A DNA stretch of 64,000 bases, from contig JBDKSP010000077.1 of NCBI GenBank assembly GCA_039680575.1, positions 10,375 through 74,374 on the forward strand, given 5' to 3'. Made by a program: the position numbers and the translations under genes. This document shows positions 58,601-64,000 of this stretch, piece after piece (the stretch's first letter is position 1; each line of letters starts with the position of its first letter). Source of the stretch: Armatimonadota bacterium (GTDB lineage: Bacteria > Armatimonadota > UBA5829 > DTLH01). Below the pieces are notes generated by a model. That model did not search any database, was not told the DNA's origin, and saw only the letters and a program-made list of their open reading frames with translations.

Positions 58601-59004
58601 AAGGCTCTCTCGGCCTCCGTCTCAGCCAGCTTCTCCGGTGAGAGCCCATAGCTTGAGAGCGGCGGAAGGCCGGCCTTTTCCGCGAGAAAGTCCCGCGCCT
58701 GCTGATGCGAGTCGGGCATGGGGCCGGTGACGCCAGCGGTGACGCGCCCGGACTGGACGAACTCCACAAGCTGGAGCACGTCACCGCCCACGCCGCAGCC
58801 GAAGCAGAACCAGCACTGCTTGTCGATCTGGATATGAAGGGACCGCTTTGACTGACTCTTGTGGTTCGGGCAGTCGCACTGAAGAAGACCCTCCGACTCC
58901 TGGGTGATGCGACCGGGGAGAAGTTCCCTCGCGACAAGTCCGATATCGGTCTCGGTTATCAGCTTATAATACTCTATTACATTGTCGGGTCTTTCCACCC
59001 CCAT
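55654..59004 (-). CDS. DNA primase-helicase (CHC2 Zn finger + TOPRIM + P-loop)
   Basis: CPNH...CFGCGVGGD, ITEGVTD, CQDNE, DVNEF, GSSSSGKT. Confidence 0.92.
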   Translation of the reverse strand: MGVERPDNVIEYYKLITETDIGLVARELLPGRITQESEGLLQCDCPNHKSQSKRSLHIQIDKQCWFCFGCGVGGDVLQLVEFVQSGRVTAGVTGPMPDSHQQARDFLAEKAGLPPLSSYGLSPEKLAETEAERAFELRVQAALTAVARYYNERLKSSPQVLEWFTAHYGISLETIDSLLIGYADNMPFVDSAGTKHPGIVSALTSGKSPFTLRELAATGAFNPTSNDDLVPGFVNRIVFPYWSRGRVVFMIGRKTPWTPDSNWEQGKYKKLKCHDEHSRRHIAPCITNSSLYNEGCLAIGPGRVIITEGVTDCISLMERGFEAVSPVTVQIKDDDWQRILPKLAGVKTVYICQDNEVSEVGMRGALKTARHLASAGIETRLVVLPLDEKHETARLALRDRFGLDAAVGPRELAKRLSGKPPEDLKEAERLLSEAKVDVNEFFLARHSAEEFESLMARAVTPLEYSIDRIPADLPEAERNRLIDSVLREVAELSPLDQSRELRRIVERCGKSGLSVGTLKEQIKAIQREKSARIREARRQEKRVSTAPSGSCRACVEQVLLDTEAETGSPDYAMAAEAAYEWFASNGARFFRTRQSEPFMFYDDVMLWMDSSERTRRRLYSAVIYNSTGLVSTTNGGRTLMEVLANVAAIKGEVRDQFSWLHTDMANHAVYFNLNNERHEIAKITPDGVEIMKNGGNADGVILDSSEKLEPITFLPDADDHEADRLLAELVGDNLTCSSPNRFLILAWLSCFLLIDFAGTRPMTRFEGSSSSGKTSAAKLITALIYGQPQQKKATDAANYSDGSKNPLLSLDNVESNDVSEDFVNFLLTSITGIAKEKRKTGSDTDTVIERPRCLINTTGIEPLATHLTEILSRSFILRFELGDAGDKCFLEAKVLAKIRHHRNTILSVIMKRTSWVLAMLRDDAQERVMELLQRDLGNHSKRRCNDYLSLMYLMGIAGMPEEDVESAMNAIDPRFSDIITALNMVTNDAARESNPIATALGGLFKAYANAVKSDAQSYLSPSGRSARSIFTERYQIEFEDEASIRGVLARELFIALKRVAKEYSLSFDMNSVQQFVQRFANDMKTIEDAGFKVTITNGAHRVRAYDICLVGLGTGL

Positions 59005-59005
59005 A

Positions 59006-61195
59006 TTACTTGCTCCATTTGCCCGTATCCAGCGGCCGCGTAAGAAGAAGCGAGAGAAACGTCTTTCGCTCCTCGACCTGCTTCACCTTTGCGCAGTGCC
59101 CGATCCCCCAGCGGTCTCCCACGATGATCGCAGACTTCGAGGCGCGGGTGACCCCGGTATAGAGGAGGTTCCTGTGGTGCTGAAACGCGTGCGACTTGTG
59201 CACGACTACTATCGAGCAGGGGTATTCCGAGCCCTGCGCCTTGTGTATGGTGAGCGCATATGCGAGCTGGATCTGGATAAGCTCAGGAGCGCCTTTCTCG
59301 AAGCTGACCCTCGTCCCTTCGAAGTCGACCGTTACTTCACCGTCTTCACTCACTTCCATAACGGTGCCGACTGCACCGTTCATAACTCCGGTCGTGTAGT
59401 TGTTCCGTGTCTGGATCACCCTATCGTGCGGGTAGAGCTTTGGACGGCGGCCCGGCTCGGGAGACTCCACGAGCGTGTTCCAGAGCTTCCTCTGGATGAG
59501 ACGCTGGAGCAGGATGTTCAACTCCTGGGTGCCCAAGGGTCCCTTATGTGTAGGAGTCAGCACCTGCACGTCCGAGAGAATATCAAAGGAGAGCCGCTCG
59601 GAGAGGACCTTATCGAATAGCTCGAGTATGAATCCTTGCGCCTCTCGAGGATCCGTGAACTGGTCCACCACGTACCAGTCGCGCCTGCCGTCCGGCTTCT
59701 TCTCCGAGGTCTTCCTCACCTCTCCCGAAAGAACTGCGATGCTGTTTTCCTTCAGGACTCCGGCCTGCCGCTGAACGCCGTCCAGGATCACGGTCGGGAT
59801 CACCCGCGAGCGGACAAGGTCGCGAAGGATGTTGCCAGGTCCGACAGGCGGGAGCTGGTTATGATCTCCAACGAGAACTACGGCAGTGCGCGAGAGGTCT
59901 ATCGCCTGGAAAAGGTGCCATGCAAGCGGCACATCGAGCATCGAGACCTCGTCAACTATGATGACATCAGCCGTTACTTCCTCGCCCGAGAACTCCGTTC
60001 CGTTGTAGCCAAGGAGCCGGTGGATCGTCTGTGCTTCCATACCGACTACCTGCTCCATCCGCTTTGCCGCCTTGCCCGTGGGAGCCGCAAGCACCACGGA
60101 GAGATCATACTCATCAAGGATCCCGACAAGCGCCGATATCGTGAATGTCTTCCCGCTGCCCGCGCCTCCGGAGATGAGTGTTATGGAGTGAGTGATGGCC
60201 GTCGTGACAGCGTCGTGCTGCCAGGTCTTCAGCTTCGGCGCGCTTCGCCAGACGACCTCGTCTAGGGTATCAGACGCAAGATGCGGGAAGCGCGGATGGG
60301 GTTTCCCTCCCTGCCGGAATACTTCCGCAAGGCCCTCTTCCATCTCCCTGATGCGCGGGATCGCGACGAGGAGCCGGCTCTCAGCCCCGTAGCAAGACAG
60401 GACTTTCTCGTTGATGAGCTCTTCCAGAGCATGTTCTATCCGCTCCCGGCTGTCCAGGCAGTCCATCACGAGAAGCGCATTTGCCCGGTCGATCAGGTCC
60501 TCGTACTCGACCCAGCAGTTCCCCTGATCAAGCGCGTCCTCCACGCAGAAGACGACGCCTGCGCGGATGCGTCCTGGGATCTCCTTCGGGACATCCATCT
60601 TCTCGCGCGCGATCTTATCGATCCGCTTGAAGGAGAAGCCCGGCACCATCCGGACGATTGCATAAGGGTCGCTTTTCAGAAGCCCGACTGCAGCGCTTCC
60701 GAACTTCTTTACAAGGCTTGTGACCTGCAAGTGGCTCAGGCCAAAGGCAGACACCGCCGTCATCGCCTGGTTCACCTTGGCCGTCTCCTGCCAGACGTCC
60801 CTCAGATGTTCGATAGCCTCAAGCGGTAGATGGACCGCCCGGGCGATCTCTTCGGGCTCCTCGGTAAGGAACCTATCAAAGTCGCGCCCGAACCGCTCCG
60901 CTATTACCCGCGCCTTTGATGGTCCTATCCCCTTGATATCCGGATGCTTTGCTATGTAGTTGGCGAGCCCCTCCATGTCGAGGTCCTGATCGTACTCCAT
61001 GCTCTCGACCTCGAACTGACGTCCGAACTTCGGGTGCTTGACCCATCTGCCGCAGAGGATAACGCGGTCGCCGTCCTGAACGAATATGGGACCGGCGAAA
61101 GAGATCTTCTCGCCGCTCGTGGTCTTCATTTTCCCAGCCGAGAAAGTGGGGCTTGCGAAAAATACGGCCACGACCCGACCTTTTAGTCTTGTCAT
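59006..61195 (-). CDS. recD2: RecD2-like SF1B helicase
   Basis: HPKFGRQF, KGIGP HhH, GGAGSGKT, APTGKAA, DEVSM, GDHNQLPPV, TIHKAQGSEY, YTGVTRA. Confidence 0.93.
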   Translation of the reverse strand: MTRLKGRVVAVFFASPTFSAGKMKTTSGEKISFAGPIFVQDGDRVILCGRWVKHPKFGRQFEVESMEYDQDLDMEGLANYIAKHPDIKGIGPSKARVIAERFGRDFDRFLTEEPEEIARAVHLPLEAIEHLRDVWQETAKVNQAMTAVSAFGLSHLQVTSLVKKFGSAAVGLLKSDPYAIVRMVPGFSFKRIDKIAREKMDVPKEIPGRIRAGVVFCVEDALDQGNCWVEYEDLIDRANALLVMDCLDSRERIEHALEELINEKVLSCYGAESRLLVAIPRIREMEEGLAEVFRQGGKPHPRFPHLASDTLDEVVWRSAPKLKTWQHDAVTTAITHSITLISGGAGSGKTFTISALVGILDEYDLSVVLAAPTGKAAKRMEQVVGMEAQTIHRLLGYNGTEFSGEEVTADVIIVDEVSMLDVPLAWHLFQAIDLSRTAVVLVGDHNQLPPVGPGNILRDLVRSRVIPTVILDGVQRQAGVLKENSIAVLSGEVRKTSEKKPDGRRDWYVVDQFTDPREAQGFILELFDKVLSERLSFDILSDVQVLTPTHKGPLGTQELNILLQRLIQRKLWNTLVESPEPGRRPKLYPHDRVIQTRNNYTTGVMNGAVGTVMEVSEDGEVTVDFEGTRVSFEKGAPELIQIQLAYALTIHKAQGSEYPCSIVVVHKSHAFQHHRNLLYTGVTRASKSAIIVGDRWGIGHCAKVKQVEERKTFLSLLLTRPLDTGKWSK

Positions 61196-61656
61196 GGCTC
61201 CTCTTTGGCTTGTTGGCATATGGCATCTACCTTTCCGCTTAGTTTGATCAGCAGTTCCTCGACGAACAGTCGCGCCGCTTGTCTGTTCGCACAGAAGAAG
61301 ACGGGGATCTGGTAGTCGACGATGATAGAGAGTATGGATCCGAGGACGGAGTTCGGGTGGGCATCCGAGCGGTAGCTCCCGGTGAGGACGTCCATCAGGC
61401 TCCCTTCGATGACCACACAGGCGAAGTCACACTCTCGAAGCTTCAGGAGTTCCCGCCGGAATCGTTCGCGCCCGCGGATGACGGTTCCAACGAAGTCCTC
61501 CAGGCTCTTTCGCTCTATGGCGAAAGAAGATTCCAGCCCGGAAAGAGAGTAGTCGCCTGCTGGTATCGCGCGGCGGACCACCTCGACCCGGGCTGGATCG
61601 AACGCATACGGCTCCTTCTCCCGTGTGTCGACGACTACGACGGGCTTCGCCTTCAC
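61192..61656 (-). CDS. ERCC4-domain nuclease
   Basis: VDTRE, GDY, IERKSLED. Confidence 0.92.
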   Translation of the reverse strand: MKAKPVVVVDTREKEPYAFDPARVEVVRRAIPAGDYSLSGLESSFAIERKSLEDFVGTVIRGRERFRRELLKLRECDFACVVIEGSLMDVLTGSYRSDAHPNSVLGSILSIIVDYQIPVFFCANRQAARLFVEELLIKLSGKVDAICQQAKEEP

Positions 61657-62126
61657 TAGAAGGGAGCCAGAGCAGACTGATCGACTGCCCCCGTGTCCTC
61701 GATGACGATGCGGCGGTTCAGGTAGACGCTCTCGCTCTCGCCCCGGGTGCGCTTGGTGACCTCAAGCTTCACGTCGAGAAGGTCGTGCACTCTCGAAGGG
61801 AGCTCCGAGAGCTTTGAGAGGGTGACCCCGCAGGTGTGGAGGTCGGTCTTCAGCCACTTGAGGCTATCGTTTGTGATGACATTGTTTCGCCAGAGGAGCC
61901 TGCCGGCGAACTTCGGTCCGAGGATCTTCAAGGTCCACTTGAGCATAGGGTTTCCGGATGTCTGGGAGCGGGTGAGTTCCACCTTCTCAACATTCACCTG
62001 ATACTTGCCGTCGGGGATGTCCTCAAACTCACGCTCCTCCACGGGAGCCTCGTCATAGCCTCCATCAAACTGGGCGAGGTCGAAGTTGTCGATATCGGTG
62101 TCGCTTGGGTAATAACCGTTGTCCAT
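61656..62126 (-). CDS. DUF669-family (SSB-like) protein
   Basis: IPDGKY.V.VEKVE..SQTSG.PMLKW; C-terminal PF. Confidence 0.85.
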   Translation of the reverse strand: MDNGYYPSDTDIDNFDLAQFDGGYDEAPVEEREFEDIPDGKYQVNVEKVELTRSQTSGNPMLKWTLKILGPKFAGRLLWRNNVITNDSLKWLKTDLHTCGVTLSKLSELPSRVHDLLDVKLEVTKRTRGESESVYLNRRIVIEDTGAVDQSALAPF

Positions 62127-62146
62127 ACTGTTCTCCTTTTTGAGCT

Positions 62147-62857
62147 TTAGTTGTCGCCCGAAGAGGCGTTGAATGCCTGGCTGAATCTTTCGAAGTCGAG
62201 GTCAATGACCTCGGGGAGTCTCCCGGTCCTGTCCCCGGCCTCATAGTAGAGGCTTGGTTTTGTCCTCATGACACGCCGTGCGATGACCCTGTTATCCGGC
62301 CCGGGCGTGCTCTCGATGTCGCAGTAGAGGATCATATCGACGAGTCCCAGGACAATCTTTCGCGCCTTCTCAGGCAAGGTCGGGACGGTCTTCGTATACT
62401 TGCCGGTCCTCGTCTCAACCTCGATATTCTGCGAGTGGGAAACGAGGAAGAGCCCGTAGGGCATGAACGCGAGCTTGTTTAGGACCCGCTGGAACTCACC
62501 CTGGACGAGCGCGTAGCCTTTGCCGTAGGAGAGGTCTGCCTCATGTTCGACCTTGAACTTCCGGCATACATAGTCCGCGCACATCCGGTAGGCGTTATCT
62601 ATGGTGTCGATGATGACGGTCTTGAACCCGTGGTCCCCTTCGGCTATCTCGCCGCATGCCGTGAGGAGTTCATCCCACGACCGGATCGGAACCTGGAACA
62701 CCTCCAGGGAGTTCAGACCCGGCTCGGTCGAGAGGAAAAGTGCGCCCTCGGCCTTAGAGCACCAGGTCGACTTCCCGATTTTCGTCGGGCCGTATACAAG
62801 CACCGTGAGGTCCGCGAGATCTGACCTTTGTGGTGTCTTTTCGGCTGGTAAGAGCAT
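62147..62857 (-). CDS. AAA_24 / Sak4-like ATPase
   Basis: YGPTKIGKST, IIDTID, VSH, EAGDR. Confidence 0.88.
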   Translation of the reverse strand: MLLPAEKTPQRSDLADLTVLVYGPTKIGKSTWCSKAEGALFLSTEPGLNSLEVFQVPIRSWDELLTACGEIAEGDHGFKTVIIDTIDNAYRMCADYVCRKFKVEHEADLSYGKGYALVQGEFQRVLNKLAFMPYGLFLVSHSQNIEVETRTGKYTKTVPTLPEKARKIVLGLVDMILYCDIESTPGPDNRVIARRVMRTKPSLYYEAGDRTGRLPEVIDLDFERFSQAFNASSGDN

Positions 62858-63877
62858 CTAGAATGCCTCCTTGTCTTGTTCGTATCTATCGTCCGTCCGC
62901 AGCTCTTCGTGCGGCGGCTTTACCTCGTAGAAGTTCTCGATAACGTTCTCGCTTCCGTTCGAGCGGCAGAGCGGGAAGTACGCGCAAGGCCTGTGATACT
63001 GAAAGCAGAACGATGTGTTCCGGTAGAACACACCGCGCCGCCTGCAGTCGAGAAACTGCTGGGTAAGCTCCCAGAGGTCGCGGGCCAGCATGTCGAACTG
63101 GTCACGCGAGAGGTAAAGCATCTCCCGGTGGAACATGTCAGGCTCCGCGTACTTCAAGAGGAGCCGCGACTGGAAGTCCTCATCAGACTCGGGCATCTTC
63201 CGGGTCGCGGTCGTCTTCCCGGCCTTCGACTTTGCGAGAAGCTCCGCGCGCCTTGCCTCAAACTCGGCTTGTGTTTCGCCCTTCCCCTGCTGGAGTTTGG
63301 CCTTGATGAGCACGTTGTAGATGACGCCCGCGATCCTGATGCCCACTGTTTCCTCGATGTAGTGCGAGTAAAGCGTCACCTGGAAATCGCACCAGAGCTT
63401 CTCAAGGTAGTCTCCGTCAAGCCCGGCTGCCGTCTTATGCTCAAGGAGATAATGCTCCCGCCCGAGTCTTACGATCCCGTCCACCTTGCCAGCTAAGGTG
63501 AAGGTGCGGGATGTCGCGCCGGTCGCGGGGTTCGTGATCCTGCCCATAAACGTCTTCTCAAGTGCGACTACCTCGAAGTCCTCGGTCCCGTAGCGAGCTC
63601 CGTAGCCGCTCATCATTGCCCGCGCCAGATGCCAGTCGGACTTCTCTGCATCATCCATCGCCCGGTTGGGAAGTGACCTGTCTATGTGGTCCAAGACCAG
63701 TGAGAAATCCCGGTCAGCATGCCACTTCTCAAGGCACTCGTGAATGAGAGTCCCGAAGGAGAGCTTGTGGTCTTTCTGAAGTGGAACCAGCTCCCGGACG
63801 TACCGCCACTCGCAGGCTTTCCGGCAGTTCCTGAAGAGGTTCCACATCGAGTAGGTGGTGATCATAGGTGCGCTCAC
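62858..63877 (-). CDS. PD-(D/E)xK (RecB/Cas4-like) exonuclease
   Basis: FGTLIHE, GKVDG...LEHKT, Q..LY, C-terminal Cys cluster. Confidence 0.9.
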   Translation of the reverse strand: MSAPMITTYSMWNLFRNCRKACEWRYVRELVPLQKDHKLSFGTLIHECLEKWHADRDFSLVLDHIDRSLPNRAMDDAEKSDWHLARAMMSGYGARYGTEDFEVVALEKTFMGRITNPATGATSRTFTLAGKVDGIVRLGREHYLLEHKTAAGLDGDYLEKLWCDFQVTLYSHYIEETVGIRIAGVIYNVLIKAKLQQGKGETQAEFEARRAELLAKSKAGKTTATRKMPESDEDFQSRLLLKYAEPDMFHREMLYLSRDQFDMLARDLWELTQQFLDCRRRGVFYRNTSFCFQYHRPCAYFPLCRSNGSENVIENFYEVKPPHEELRTDDRYEQDKEAF

Positions 63878-63999
63878 AGGAGGACCCTCTCCATAAGTTC
63901 CTGGTCACTTACCCGCAGGTATTCCTCGGTCTTTGTGACAACGAAGCTCTTCTCACCGAAGTCGCTTACCATGAAGCCCATAAACATCTTCGCAAGGTC
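63874..63999 (-). CDS. 3' end of a hypothetical phage protein (truncated by the window)
   Basis: Open frame DLAKMFMGFMVSDFGEKSF...ERVLL*; stop overlaps the nuclease GTG. Confidence 0.55.
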   Translation of the reverse strand, partial: DLAKMFMGFMVSDFGEKSFVVTKTEEYLRVSDQELMERVLL

Positions 64000-64000
64000 G

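Larger units (their letters stand above)
4243..64000. mobile_element. Contractile-tailed prophage; left boundary approximate, continues past the right edge
   Basis: Co-oriented replication, packaging, head, tail and baseplate modules in canonical order; no att site identified. Confidence 0.9.

Noticed and set aside
62858-63877. cas4 gene
   Set aside because: Sits in a phage recombination module with a Sak4-like ATPase and SSB; no CRISPR context

Overview
Most of the window (about 4.2-64 kb) is one large, apparently intact contractile-tailed (myovirus-like) prophage transcribed mainly on the minus strand. From right to left: replication/recombination module (PD-(D/E)xK nuclease, AAA ATPase, DUF669 SSB, ERCC4 nuclease, RecD2, CHC2-TOPRIM primase); an ~8 kb cargo block that looks lower in GC (GHKL-nuclease, KAP NTPase, MITE-disrupted grpB); an iteron-rich putative origin; terminase split by a recombinase plus AbrB/Doc module; head genes; neck, sheath and tube; tape measure; baseplate/PAAR; tail fibre; amidoligase operon; Cre-like recombinase. 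The head module is the most striking part. The prohead protease/scaffold is fused to two tandem adenine DNA methyltransferase domains. The MuF minor head protein carries five HeH-like repeats, an atypical kinase-like domain and an ADP-ribosyltransferase-like domain, followed by two coupled candidate immunity genes. Three copies of a bipartite promoter-like motif (CCGACA-N17-GTACATATCAA) head the late operons. The leftmost 4 kb is probably host DNA (large secreted protein, XRE regulator, ComEC-like hydrolase). All assignments come from manual motif recognition; no database searches were run.
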